64,000 nucleotides of DNA. Source: Octopus sinensis (Eukaryota). A program made the position numbers and the translations under genes. The notes below the pieces were generated by a model that saw only the letters and a program-made list of their open reading frames with translations, was not told the DNA's origin and searched no databases. The stretch lies in contig NC_043021.1 in assembly GCF_006345805.1 (NCBI RefSeq), forward strand, positions 10,292,001 through 10,356,000, written 5' to 3'. Of the stretch, positions 26,814-40,242 are shown in pieces (within the stretch, counting starts at the first letter, position 1; every line of letters begins with the position of its first letter).

Positions 26814-28238
26814 CTTTGTGTGTGTGTGTGTGTGATGAGGAATTTTCAGCTCTCGATGGAGTCGTAGGGAACCGTCGTGACATACGTTGGGTCTTGAACA
26901 TTTTGAATCTGGTACAGTCTATTTCGTCAAGGTCTGAAATATTCTATGACTAAATCTTAAACTCACGGACAATTCTTTGAAGATTACGTATGCTAAATGT
27001 TATTTATTTTACATGAATATAAACTAAGGGTTGTCTCAGCTATTATTGATTAGTATTTCTTTGGTTTAACTGAGAGAATAAGGCGGCGAACTGGCAGAAC
27101 CGTTGCCACGCCGGACAAGATGCTTAGCGGTATTTCCTCTGGCTCTAAGTTCAAATGCCACCAAGATCAACTTTGCCTTTTATCCTTTCAGGGTAATTAA
27201 AATAACTACCGGTTGAGCACTGGGGTCTATGTAATCCACTTATCTTCCTCTCAAAATTCCTAGCTTTGTGCAAAAATTAGAAAGGATTTATCCGAGAGTG
27301 TGTCTTTCACAAACGAAATCAGACCGAAGAAATTAACTCTGTAACTCAGCTGACAAATAATGTGCAGGTAATTTTTCCTTCATTTTCTTGGGATTTTTCT
27401 TCATGTTCCTGATATGGGTTTCAAGTACAAAATCTCAGTACAACAAAAGCTGAACCAATGCAAGAAAGTTTTTTTGAAGCACTCCGTCGGTTACGACGAC
27501 GAGGGTTCCGGTTGATCCGAATCAACGGAACAGCCTGCTCGTGAAATTAACGTGTAAGTGGCTGAGCACTCCACAGACACGTGCACCCTTAATGTAGTTC
27601 TCGGGGGATATTCAGCGTGACACAGAGAGTGACAAGGCGGCCCTTTCAAATACAGGTACAACAGAAACAGGAAGTAAGAGTGAGAGAAAGTGTGTGGTGA
27701 AAGTGAAAGAGTACAGCAGGGATCACCACCATCCCCTGCCGGAGCCTCGTGGAGCTTTAGGTGTTTTCGCTCAATAAACACTCACAACGCCCGGTCTGGG
27801 AATCGAAACCGTGATCCTATGACCGCGAGTCCGCTGCCCTAACCACTGGGCCATTGCGCCTCCACGCAAGAAAGTAACCATTGTGGGCAGCGCCAGTAGT
27901 ACCATAGAATCGCAACCCTCTTTAATTCCAAACTAAAACAAGGTCCGTCACCATCCGTCCATCTTCACCCTCCAAATCTGGAAAGGTCGTGTGGGGTAGG
28001 GATTCCCGGGCACCTCGTTAGGGTCCTATCAGAAGCAATTCTCATTAGACTTTTGGGCTGGATTCCCAAATATGACCACCTGAGATTACGAATACTATTC
28101 AACCATTTCGGTTTTATTATACTTCTAAGTCTCCTGCTGGTTGGCCTGGCTTGATGAATCTATCTTGCGATTCTTACCGGTCACCTTATAATCACATGGC
28201 CACAACACTGGAACTGTGACCCCCACAGTGCAGAGAAA

Positions 28239-28663
28239 TAGTGGCTTGAGCTGGAGAGAAGACTATCTGATCAGGCTAAGGTCACCTGATATGTCGTGGT
28301 CAGAGCTGGATAGTGGCTTGAGCTGGAGAGAAGACTATCTGATCAGGCTAAGATCACCTGATATGTCGTGGTCAGAGCTGGATAGTGGCTTGAGCTGGAT
28401 AGAAGACTATCTGATCAGGCTAAGATCACCTGATATGTCGTGGTCAGAGCTGGATAGTGGCTTGAGCTGGATAGAAGACTATCTGATCAGGCTAAGGTCA
28501 CCTGATATGTCGTGGTCAGAGCTGGATAGTGGCTTGAGCTGGATAGAAGACTATCTGATCAGGCTAAGGTCACCTGATATGTCGTGGTCAGAGCTGGATA
28601 GTGGCTTGAGCTGGAGAGAAGACTATCTGATCAGGCTAAGATCACCTGATATGTCGTGGTCAG
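28239..28663. repeat. 72-bp minisatellite, ~6 copies
   Basis: Units start at 28239, 28311, 28383, 28455, 28527 and 28599. Confidence 0.97.
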
Positions 28664-29014
28664 TGTTTGTTATTGGGCTGGCACGGTTTCGAATGCTAAG
28701 TACCACTACAGAGTCTTGGGGGAACCATCGTCAAATATGGCGTATGTAGGCCATTTTAAACCTTGGGCACACACTAAAAAACACACACACATATATATAT
28801 ACACACAAATACATATATATTTTCACAGTGCCACACGCAATGAAAACAGAATAAACAAATTCTTCAAGGCTGTGCCTCACTAGCAGCCGCAGTCAAATGA
28901 CTGAAGCTTGTAAAGGATAAAAGAATATATATATATAGTATATATATATATAGGTGTGGTATGTAGATATATATATATATGATATATAGATATAATATAT
29001 ATATATATAATATA

Positions 29015-29069
<55 letters not shown>

Positions 29070-29079
29070 ATATATATAT

Positions 29080-30569
29080 GAGGGTGAAAAGGAACACACG
29101 AGTTGATGTATATATGAAAAAACAAGTCAAAATAATTTATAGTGAACATTTCAGTACCGGTTCGGTCATTTTGGACCTTTTCAACTGTAACGATAAATAA
29201 TTAAATTAGAAAAATTAGAAGAAAAGTTTTTTAAAAGGAATATTTCTATAGTAGTGTTCAGATATAAGTGGCTGTCTGCCTTTCTCTGACTCCCTTGTTT
29301 GCACTTGTGTGTTCGAGGTCGTTGTGAGTTCTTGGTAGGGTATAGAAGAAGAAGAAGGCTGATGAGGAGAGGGGGTGGAAAAATCTGGGAGTGCCCTGAT
29401 GGTCGTATTTTGAATGGTCAGTGGCGGCTAGCAGTCGCAGTTCAATTCAGGAGAATATTTCTATTGAAAGGCTTGTTTATGGAATTTGCTTAGTGTTTAT
29501 ACTAAAAAGCATTAGTGACAAAGTTAAGAGGTAGAAGGTGGAGAAGTAGAAAGAAGAAGAAGAAGAAGAAGAAGAAGAAGAAGAAGAAGAGCAGAAGAAG
29601 AAGAAGAGAAGAGAAGAAGAAGAATGACGATGTGATGATGATGATGATGAAGAAGAAGAGAAGAAGGGAAAGAGAAGGAGAAGATGATGATGATGATGAT
29701 GATGGTGTGATGATGATGACGACGATGATGATGATAATGATGATGATGAAGAAGAAGGGAAGAAGAAGAAAAAAACAGAGAGGGAGAATATGAATGGGTG
29801 AAAGTAGTGAGGTGTTGTATGACTTGAAGTTGGCATGTTATGGATTATAACTGTGATTATAGCTGTGATTAGTAATGGATTCTTTGGAATGTAATATTTT
29901 TGTGTGTATATTTCTTTTATTCTAAAGTGAGGTATATTAATTGTTTGTCGTAGACCCGTTAGAGTGGCCTGTATTTTGTAATAAAGAGAGTTTCTTTACT
30001 TATTCGTTGTCTCGAGGTTGTATCGTCCCTAAATTGGTAGAGGGGGAAAATCCTGAAGCTGGTGTTTTTTTGTTGGCGCAAGTATCTATGTGTTGGCTAA
30101 AAGCTATTTTTCTGTTTTGGGGAATTTTTAGGGATCTGTGCAGGGCCATTCGTTTACGCAAACTATTTTTTGTTTGGCCTATGTACTGCTCTTGACACCC
30201 GAGCAGGTTAGTGAGTATATTAGGTTCTCCGAAGCACATGTGAAGTTGCTTTTCACTGTAAACCGTTGTCCCTGTTTGAAGGAGAACTCTGATCCCTCAA
30301 TTAGATAGTCGCATATCCCGCAATTGGGTCTTCCACATTTTTTTACTGTCGGCTTCTGTGTTGAAGAGTGAATTCGGGCTTGTGTTAGGAGACTTTTCAT
30401 GGATTTAAGCTGTCTCAGTTCCTTGATGTTAAGTTGAAGGGCACGTTGAATGCACTTGTCAATAAGTGAAGGTGGATAGTTCCTGGTGATAAGGATATCT
30501 TTTAGTCGACTACAAGAACTAAAATGTTCACTATAAAATTATTTTAGCATTTTCTATTTTGACTCGTTT

Positions 30570-30570
<1 letters not shown>
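29080..30570 (-). mobile_element. Penelope-like retroelement, frameshifted, with inverted terminal duplication
   Basis: LKDILITRNYPPSLIDK; CGRPNCGIC...CASENLIY; CQEQYIGQTKNSLRKRM..HR (GIY-YIG). 29110-29150 is the inverse of 30520-30570. (TA)n flanks. Confidence 0.8.
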
Positions 30571-30657
<87 letters not shown>

Positions 30658-30679
30658 GTGTGTGTTGTGTGTGTGTTGA

Positions 30680-30965
30680 GGGAGGCGCAATGGCCTAGTG
30701 GTCAGGGCAGCGGACTTGCGGTCGGAGAATCACGGTTTCGATTCCCAGATCGGGCGTTGTGTGTGTTTATTGAGCGAAAACACCTAAAAGCTCCACGAGG
30801 CCCCGGCGCTCCTGTTGTACTCTTTCGCCCCAACTTTCTCGCACTCTCTCTTCCTGTTTCTTGAGTAACGTTGCGATGGACTGGCGTCCCATCCACCTGG
30901 GGGTACATATACGCCACAGAAACCGGGAAATCAGGCCCATGAGCCTGGTTAGGCTTGAAAAGGGC
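30680..30965 (+). mobile_element. tRNA-derived SINE (family 1), representative copy
   Basis: GGAGGCGCAATGGCCTAGTGG A-box and GGTTTCGATTCCC B-box. Copies at ~77-320, 3855-4152, 9919-10110, 13690-14108, 14633-15130, 27483-27866, 32828-33025, 35185-35425 and 41005-41260. Confidence 0.85.
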
Positions 30966-31094
30966 AACGTTTATCGTTATATATATATAGTAATAAGAAA
31001 ATGGAGGGGATCAATAGGTGGTTCATCAACTTTTAGACATTATATATTATGTAAACTTATTATTTATTTACTTAAGTGATATATATATATATAC

Positions 31095-31140
<46 letters not shown>

Positions 31141-31450
31141 ATATATATATATATATATATAATATATAGGTATATCTATATATATATATAGAATATATAT
31201 ATATATCTATATATATATATATATATATATATCATATATATTATATATATATATATATATCTATATAATATATATATTACAATACATATACACATACATT
31301 ATAGTTGGAATTTACACACAAAAAAGCAGAAGACGAAGACAGATGTATAACAACAAACAGGTGTATTAGTTTAATATTCAGGAAGGTTGAGAAAGTCTTT
31401 TACATTTCGAGCCTACGCTCTTCAGCAGAAAGGGACACGAGAAAATAAAC

Positions 31451-31519
<69 letters not shown>

Positions 31520-31738
31520 AGGAAAAAGTTCAAAAAAGTTCAGAGAAGTTCAAAAGGGTTCAAACGTGGTGTATTGGTGCGATTTCTCATCAGCGGAAGA
31601 GTCCAGTGAAATCCATGGGTATGTAGGAGAGGTGCAGAAAATCCAGGTTGAATTCCAAAGTGTAGAAGATATATATATATATATATACACACATGCGTGT
31701 ATATATATATATACTACACACACACACACACACACACC

Positions 31739-31795
<57 letters not shown>

Positions 31796-31933
31796 TATAT
31801 ATATTATATATATATATATTTACATATACTATTATGCATATATATATATATACATATATATGTATAAGGGTGAAAAGGGACACACGAGTTGTTTTTTCAT
31901 ATACATATATATATATATATATACATATATATA

Positions 31934-32018
<85 letters not shown>

Positions 32019-32045
32019 ATATATATATACATATATGTGGTGTGT

Positions 32046-32078
<33 letters not shown>

Positions 32079-32173
32079 CGTGTTAGTGTCTGTATGTGTG
32101 TGTATGCGTATGTGTGTGTGTACTATAAATCAGAAAGAACAACAAACAATTAAATTAATATTAAGGATGAATT

Positions 32174-32179
32174 TTTATT
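32174..32179 (-). terminator. Polyadenylation signal of protease C
   Basis: AATAAA on the minus strand ~80 nt after the stop codon. Confidence 0.65.
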
Positions 32180-32257
32180 CATACAGCTTTTTTAAGTGAT
32201 AGAAGGTGATTTGAAATAACGTAGCTGCTATTTCTAGGCATCCTTGATTCATACTTC

Positions 32258-32407
32258 TTAGAGATTACTCTCGATCCAATCTCGGAAATATCCGACATCA
32301 CTGAAAGCGCTGATTTCTTTGTCACAGTTGTTTCCAAACGAGGTTACTCCTGCCAAGACCATTTGACCATTTGAGCTTGGGCAATAAAGTGGACCACCGG
32401 AATCACC
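32258..32407 (-). CDS. Protease C exon 6 (GDSGGP, stop)
   Basis: cag|GGTGATTCC...; 150 nt. Confidence 0.95.
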   Translation of the reverse strand, partial: GDSGGPLYCPSSNGQMVLAGVTSFGNNCDKEISAFSDVGYFRDWIESNL

Positions 32408-32645
32408 CTGCAACAACACAATGTACAAAAATACGTTACTGAAATCAACAGATGTAACATAGGAGCATGTCTTCAAAAATCTTGATAAGGCGGGTGTATC
32501 CTTCATTCATGAAACTGTAAGTAATGTTGAGCCGATTTGTAATTAAATACACGTAGCTACAGTCAAACGCGTCGAGTGCATACTTTTTCGTTTGTTCTCT
32601 AACTCGCTCGTGTATGTGTGTGTATGTATATGTGTGTGCACGTGA

Positions 32646-32685
<40 letters not shown>

Positions 32686-34462
32686 ATCGCCTAGTAATTA
32701 GGGCGTTGGGCCCAGGATCGTACAATCGTAATGTGGTAGATTCGATTCTCACATAGCAGTCGATATGTGATGATGTCCTTGAATAAAGCAATTCAATTTT
32801 ATATAATAATAAATAAATGTGCCCTTTTAAAGCCTAGCCAGACTCACGGGCCCGGTTTCCCGGTTTCAATGGCGTATGTGTTCCCCAGCTGGACGGGACG
32901 CCAGTCCATTGCAGCGTTACTCATTTTTGCCAGCTGAGAGGACAGGTCGCCCGGTCCAGGAATCGAAACCACAATCTTACGATCATGATGCTGACACCCT
33001 AACCACTAAACCACGCGCCTCCACCAATTTTATATAGGTAACTCTATAAAGCAAAATTTAAAATTTGAAGAGTTGTACGTTGAATGTATAAATATTAGCA
33101 TAGAATGTATAAATATTCATTTCAAATTTTGGCACAAGGCCAGCAATTTCTGGGGAGGGGTTAAATCGATTACTTACTTTATCGACCTTGAAAGGGTGAA
33201 AGATAAAGTCCACCTCAGCAGAACTTGAAATCAGAACGTAAAGGTGGACGAAATGCCAGTTCGCCGCAATAAAATGTATAAATGTAAACAAAATTTGTTG
33301 TGTCCCCTTAAGGTAATTGTCTTTATGAATGACACCATTGGACGTTGTACAACAGCATCCAATAGTCCTATTACTACAGTGATACAGTGATGTAAATATA
33401 TATAAATGTGTGTGTGTGTATTTCAGTTCTGTGCCTACAGCGTCGGTAATCTCGGACCTTCATACCAAAGTTTGTAGAAGTGAATCCAATGTTTTTCTTG
33501 GAAAAGATATATCATTGATTTCCCGTTGCTTTCTACCAGTTTATTTACAGTTTACTCAGGTAGTTGGGAGGTCACCAGCTTCTCGAGCTTATCCTTAAGG
33601 CCAGGGGACTAGTTCATGTAGCATTAAAACATGTTCACCCGTAGACATGCTCTGATGTCCCGTGATCCTGAGCGATGCATGCCCAGGGGTCAGCCTTCCT
33701 CTGAGTCCAGAATATATCTTAGGTACAGGACTATCTTTGCTATTTCACCGATAACTGGTACCCTTGGAAGGTGCTACCACCTTGAACCAGAACGAACTTG
33801 AGAGTTGAAATGACCAGAAAATAACTCCGCAGTCGCCAAAACTCTTGTACTTCGGAGCTGGATCCTCCCTACTGGATACAGCCTAATGTTTTACCCAGAG
33901 CAGTCGATATATTTCATAAATATTTCCTACATAGGCACGTGACTAAGAACTTATAGGAAGGAAAACAGTTGATTATATCAACCCATGTATTTTTCTGGTA
34001 TAATATCAATATAACATACCTGGCAAGTAGATGCTCCACCTTGTCTGAAGTCTCCGGCACAAAGAATTCCATCAGCAATTCGCATCCTGGAATCTCTTTT
34101 ACATACATTATGAGGAATAGCTGGAAGAGCCACTTTGTATAATTCGTTAGGACTGTTTCCATTAACTGAAAATAATGTTGGATTGATGAGCAAAATCTAT
34201 CAACGGTTATTGAATTGAGATCATTGAAATATTTGATGGCACTTATGGTTGATACTTACATTTGAAATCTCCCCATCCAGCAGCCATACATCTTCGGGTA
34301 CCAAATGTTTCTCCTTTTCTGGCCAACTGTGCAAATTTGACACATCCACCTTCACGGACTGGACGGTCTAATGTCAAAATGGCGATGTCGTTTTCTTCAA
34401 TGATAAGATAGAGATATATTATAGACATGTACGCGTACGTGCATTTGTGTACGATCCTAGGA

Positions 34463-34493
<31 letters not shown>

Positions 34494-35462
34494 TGTATGT
34501 ATGTATGTATGTATGTATGTATGTATGTATGTATGTATGTATGTATGTATGTATGTATACATATGTGTGCTCGCTAAATGAAACTGCGTTGTGTTCAACT
34601 CCATGTATATGTATTGGGTTGTCCGGAAAGTTCATGCCGATTTATAGCAGCTTACATTTCGACTTATTTTAGAACATGGTTGAGTCCATAAAATTGGATT
34701 TGACTACACCTCCATTTAGAGCACACTTTAAGCTATCTTTTCGTGGAAAGAGGTTTATCTTCCTATAACCTGTGTTAATTTTGTAACCCTTTAAAATGGA
34801 AGATAAGAAAGTTCATTTTCGGAACTTAACGCTTTGGGAGCCAGACAAAAATTGCTGAAGCTCGGCTGGAATGTGTTACACCACCCTCCATATTCACCAG
34901 TTATTGCTCCTTCGAATTTCCACTTATTCAGGTCTCTGTAGAATAGTCTTAATGGTAAAAATTTCAATTCCTTGGATGACATAAAAAGATACCTTGATGA
35001 ATTCTCTGCCATGAAACCACCTCAATTCTGGGAAGAATTTTATTTTCAAGCTAAAGGAAAGATGGAGACGCGCTGTGCAACAAAATGGTTCATGTTTGGT
35101 TGATTAAAAATGTAATGGCAAGTATTTATTGACCTTTTTCTTTCCTTTAAAAATCAGCATGAACTTTCTGGACAAACCAATATTTTGTACTTGCATACCG
35201 GCCTCCCCTCTCCACGCCACCAAGTGTTATCCAAGGGAAAGGCAAAGGGGCCGATACAGCTTGGCACCTGTGACGTTGCAACTCATTTCTACAGCTGAGT
35301 GAACTGGAGCAACGTGAAATAAAGTGTTTGGCTCAAGAACACAACACACAGCCCGGTCCGGGATTTGAGCTCACAACCTCACGATCATAAGCTCGACGGT
35401 CTAACCACTGAGCCATGCGCCTTCACACAAACACACACACACACAAACACACAAACACACAC

Positions 35463-35512
<50 letters not shown>

Positions 35513-38500
35513 CACACACACACTCACTTATATATATCTGAGATCCCCTTCGGTCATGACTGACCATGGGATTGCACCTAGGAAGTTACCCTCCCAGGCA
35601 CAAGTCCGTGCAAGGTTGTTTATGGAAGGGTTAGGGTTAGCCACGCGCCTTCACTTGACAGTATATAGCAGTTGATGAAACATTGGCACTTAGTGACTGA
35701 CAGAGAGGGGTGGTGTGGGACGGGAGAGAAAATATGGGGAAAGATACAAGGCGCAAGAGTGGCTGTGTGGTAAGTAGCTTGCTTACCAACCACATGGTTC
35801 CGGGTTCAGTCCCACTGCGTGGCACTTTGGGCAAGTGTCTTCTACTATAGCCTCGGGCCCACCAAAGCCTTGTGAGTGGATTTGGTAGACGGAAACTGAA
35901 AGAAGCCCGTCGTATATATTATGTATATATGTGTATGTATATGTTTGTGTGTCTGTGTTTGTTCCCCCAACATCACTTGACAACCGATGCTGGTGTGTTT
36001 ATATCCCCGAAAATTAGCGGTTCGGCAAAAGAGACCGATAGAATAAATACTAGGCATACAAAGTATAAATCCTGGGGACGATTTGCTCGACTAAAGGCGG
36101 TGCTCCAGCATGGCTTCAGTCAAATGACTGAAACAAGTAAAAGGGTAAAAGAGGTGTAGATGTGGCTGTGTGGTAAGAAGCTTGCTTCCCAACCACATAG
36201 TTCCGAGTTCAGTCCCACTGCGTGGCATCAAATAAAAGGAAAAGAATAAAAGAAAATCCACAATTATGGGTAATACTTACTAATTAGGTATTTAGTGTGT
36301 ACATATTCACCATGGTTCACAATTTTGCTTACGCTTCTTGCCTGAGGACCAAGATTCCACTTATGGTTGGAACCAATATTTACTGTGATCTTTCGGACGT
36401 TTCCTTCCCTAAAATCAAGCAAAACGAAATTTTTTAACTGATACTAACCGATACAAAATTTGATATTGACAGATGCTAAATGACCAAAGTTCCTTGAAAC
36501 ATGCTGTTATTGATCAAAAATTCTACTGTGCATTACCAAGCACCCTGTGGTGTGAGTTCCATTAATATTGTAAAACTAATGTGTGGGGTCTCTTAACTTT
36601 TTGTGTTACGTCTGTGCGTAATTATATCTGCTTCTTAAACTAAGTTGGATTTTGCAGTAGTGATATGAAAGACACAGGGTAAAATAACACGAAGAATTAA
36701 CGCACATAATGTGTTGAAGAATGATTAGAGTTTTAAACATTTTAACAACTGACCTTAGATGAAAAAGGAAAACTGAAAATTCCAATAGTGAAATACGATT
36801 CACAGTAAAACCTAATCAAATTATATGTAATTTTGAATATGATATTGGTTTTAATTTTTGGCACCAAGGCCAACAAGTTCGGAGGAGTGAATGAGTCAAT
36901 TACATCAGTACTTAATTTATCGACCGCCGAAAAGATGAAAGGCAAAGTAGATCCTTACGGAATTTGAACTCAGAAGGTAGCGACAGACGAAATACTGCTA
37001 AGCATTTTGCCCGGCGTGCTAACAATTCTTATTTCTTTACTGCCCACAAGGGGATACACACAGAGGGGACAAACAAGGACAGACAAACGGATTAAGTCGA
37101 TTATATCGACCTCAGTGCGTAACTGGTACTTATTTAATCGACCCCGAAAGGATAAAAGGCAAATTGACCTTGGCGGAATTTGAACTCATATTTAGCGGCT
37201 GACGAAATACCTATTTCTTTACTACCCACAAGGGGCTAAACACAGAGGGGACAAACAAGGACAGGCAAACGGATTAAATCGATTATATCGGCCTCAGTGC
37301 GTAACTGATACTTATTTAATCGACTCCGAAAGGATGAAAGGCAAAGTCGACCTCGGCGGAATTTGAACTCAGAACGTAGCGACAAACGAAATACCGCTAA
37401 GCATTTCGCCCGGCGTGCTAACGATTCTTATTTCTTTATTGCCCACAGGGGGCTAAACATGGAGGGGACAAACAAGGACAGGCAAACGGATTAAATCGAT
37501 TATATCGACCTCAGTGCGTAACTGGTACTTATTTAATCGACCCCGAAAGGATAAAAGGCAAAGTTGACCTCGGCGGAATTTGAACTTAGAACGTAGCGAC
37601 AGACGAAGCATTTCGTCTGGCGTGCTAACGTTTCTGCCAGCTCGCCGCCGTAATGTTGAATGTGGGTGGATTTGGAGACAGAAACTGTGGCTGTATTTAC
37701 CTCGATAAGTTACTATCAACCTTTATATTGTACAAACTAAAGAAAGAAACTATATTCGTGATGGCCAAATGATGAAATATTAAGGAATGGAAACGTCAAT
37801 ATATACGATATATACTTACAAGCAATGAGCTGCTGTCACTACGTGTGTAGCATCAATCAAAGTACCTCCACACATACCAACTGTATTATCGGAAGGTGTG
37901 TTGTAAACTTGGAGATGGACAATCGATGGAAATTCGCAGTTTCGTGCTGGAGACCCATCGACAATTTGGGTCTCAGGTGCTGAAAGAAAACCACAAAAAG
38001 AACCATTTTATATACATTTAGATAAATCGTTCTTCGATGTCAGCGATATGTATAATTTTTATACGTAGAACTGGATCTACAGTGATCCCTCGTTTATCGC
38101 TGTAGATTGGTTCCGAGACCGGCCGCGATAACTGAATTTCCGCGAAGTAAAGACACCATATTTACAGTATTTACTTAACGTGTATTTGGACTTTTAGAAT
38201 CTTCCCTGTACTGTTAACAACCCACCCATTACAGTAGTCTATTAATAACAAGGACAACTGCTAAGCAATAACACTTTAGATTTAAAAAAAATAAAGATTG
38301 TTACTGTTACACTGGCCAGATTACAAAATAGAAAGCTGTGATTCGTCGTCTCTCTCCATTGCATCAATCACAGCCCGTCTTAAGTTCAAATACCCTTGTA
38401 TATGCTTTTTTTGCTATTTTACGCTTGTTTTGTTGTTCCTAGACTAGGAAATAATATTTATTATTAATATGTTAATGGATTTAATGAAAAATTTTTGGCG

Positions 38501-38829
38501 TTCATATGTATATATTTTTTTAATCCGCGAAGTCGTGAATCCGCGAAGTCGTGAATCCGCGAAGTCGTGAATCCGCGAAGTCGTGAATCCGCGATACTTG
38601 AACCGCGAAATACAGGGATCACTGTATTTCCATCAAACATAATATTCAAGTTTATCTAAATCGTAGTAAAAAATATCTTCTAGCTATTTTCTCTAATTTC
38701 AATCAAAATATGTACTAAATTAGGTAAAGGAATAAAGATTTTGTATGTGTGTGTGTGTGTGTGTGTCAGAAGACGTTACTTACCAGCAAAAACTGAAGCA
38801 ACAGTTAGAAGAAAACAGAAGGCCAACAT
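32258..38829 (-). CDS. Secreted chymotrypsin-like S1A serine protease, paralog C (complete, 254 aa)
   Basis: Exons 38829-38784, 37979-37820, 36408-36281, 34394-34260, 34165-34020 and 32407-32258 (765 nt), all GT-AG. MLAFCFLLTVASVFA-APETQ-IVDG...TAAHC...NDIAIL...[11 protein letters not shown]...WIESNL*. Confidence 0.95.
34020..34165 (-). CDS. Protease C exon 5
   Basis: cag|TTAATGGA...TGCCAG|gtatgt; 146 nt. Confidence 0.93.
34260..34394 (-). CDS. Protease C exon 4 (NDIAIL)
   Basis: aag|AAAACGAC...AAAT|gtaagt; 135 nt. Confidence 0.92.
34612..35182 (+). mobile_element. Internally deleted mariner in intron 3 of protease C
   Basis: TIRs TATTGGGTTGTCCGGAAAGTTCATGC / GCATGAACTTTCTGGACAAACCAATA; remnants MEDKKVHFR and PYSPVIAPSNFHLFRSL. 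Confidence 0.85.
36281..36408 (-). CDS. Protease C exon 3
   Basis: tag|GGAAGG...ATTA|gtaagt; 128 nt. Confidence 0.88.
36850..37650 (-). mobile_element. SINE array (family 3) in intron 2 of protease C
   Basis: Four units with the same junctions as 5460-5910. Confidence 0.85.
37820..37979 (-). CDS. Protease C exon 2 (IVDG...TAAHC)
   Basis: cag|CACCTGAG...TGCTT|gtaagt; 160 nt. Confidence 0.94.
38078..38626. mobile_element. pogo/Tigger-like MITE in intron 1 of protease C
   Basis: TA|CAGTGATCCCT...AGGGATCACTG|TA; internal 16-bp tandem AATCCGCGAAGTCGTG x4 (38522-38590). Confidence 0.85.
38784..38829 (-). CDS. Protease C exon 1 (signal peptide)
   Basis: ATG...GCTG|gtaagt; 46 nt. Confidence 0.88.
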
Positions 38830-38854
38830 GGTGATCTTAGATGGTTCTGGATTG

Positions 38855-38931
38855 AACTGATCTCATCGTTTTGAGCAGTGCTTTTATAGAGAAGCGTCAT
38901 TAGTGAAATACCTTTGGTAGAAGAACAGCTG
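38855..38931 (-). promoter_or_regulatory. Protease C core promoter (E-box, TATA, Inr)
   Basis: CAGCTG 38926-38931; TATAAAAG 38888-38881, 30 nt from the Inr A of TCAGTT (38860-38855). Confidence 0.8.
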
Positions 38932-39319
38932 AACTTGTCTATGAATATTCTAATAATATGACAAAAGAACAGAGTATATTTCATTGTAAAGTAAGTGATG
39001 TCATTCATAAACGATTTGTAAGGAATATAATTTTGCATTACACCAGTTATGTGTTGTTTACTAATTCCTATTGAACGGAAAGTGCAATCTTTTGAGAGGT
39101 TTTTCATTAATGAAACTTTCGTTTGGTATTTTTTCCTAAGAAATTCTATGCTAAAAACGATTGTTAATTGTTTGACCCCGTATCATTTTGTTATGTATTT
39201 AACTCAACGGATGGGAAAATGTTCACGTGTTAGCTTGAGTCGTGATAATTTTTCGGTTCCACCTGTCACATTCAGACTAAATTAGATCGTTCTTTTTATT
39301 TTCTTAAACGAGGCTTTGG

Positions 39320-39570
39320 ATCAACAATGTAGTTTAGAGTTGTACAAAACTGAAAGTGATTTGCGTCGGAAATAACATGAGCAAACCCCCATAATTTCAT
39401 GAAGCCATTAATCGGATATACCGGTATAATTAGTAGCATAAATGGGAACTGGGTGTTTGGTGCAGTAGAAAGGAATACAGGAAAATGCTGCCGGATTGAG
39501 ATCCTCAACCGAACGACCATAACACATTGACCCATTGTAACGCGGTTTGCATTAGACAAAACACATTGCT
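39320..39570 (+). mobile_element. Merlin/ISXO2-like DDE transposase remnant
   Basis: NGNWVFGAVERNTGKC...RTTITH*PIV matches the WVFGxxER motif; degraded. Confidence 0.5.
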
Positions 39571-40200
39571 AAAATTGCCAAGAGCTGAATACTCGTCATT
39601 CATTGGTTGAAATTACCGAAATATGACAACTTTAACGTGAAATAACTTCCTAAATATAAGCTTTTCTTAAAAACGCTAAGAGTAAAAGATGTTTTATATG
39701 ACACATTCTACCAGTGTCCGAAGTTTGAAAGTGTTTAGTTACAAAAAATTATTTTTTAAATCTGTCGGTCAAAAGGTAAAGATCCCTGAGTTCCAGTACT
39801 GATGTGATAAATGGAACAACACCTTGGGCGCTGTGAGGTTTCCCAAGAGAACTATTTTGAAGGAAACAGGGTTTATTTCTTGTTTAATTATAAATAAAAG
39901 TGCTTACTGAAAAAGTCCCCATTATTTTATTTACAGACTTCGTAGACTGGTAAAACATCAGTTTTCCGGACGCTACTCTTTTGCTTGTTTCAGTCATTTG
40001 ACTGCGGCCATGCTGGAGCACCGCCTTTAGTCGAGCAAATCGACCCCAGGATTTATTCTTTGTAAGCCTAGTACTTTTTCTATCAGTCTATTTTGCTGAA
40101 CCGCTAAGTTACGGGGACGTAAACAAACCAGCATCGGTTGTCAAGCGATGTTGGGGGGGACGAACACAGACACACAAACACACGCACACACACACACACG

Positions 40201-40242
<42 letters not shown>

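Noticed and set aside
28239-28663. 72-bp (and 55-bp at 48913) arrays as CRISPR
   Set aside because: Contiguous tandem units with no unique spacers; eukaryotic context.
29477-29836. Poly-K/E/D/S/H ORFs
   Set aside because: Translations of (GAA)n/(GAT)n simple repeats within the Penelope remnant.
31395-31430. CTGAAGA...GAAA on the minus strand as a hammerhead
   Set aside because: Helix II overlaps the core (only 1 bp left), helix III is broken and there is no helix I.
39049-39285. Similar ORFs at 39049-39285 and 46629-46925 as a duplicated small protein
   Set aside because: They reflect homologous non-coding promoter DNA on the opposite strand; starts and ends are not conserved.
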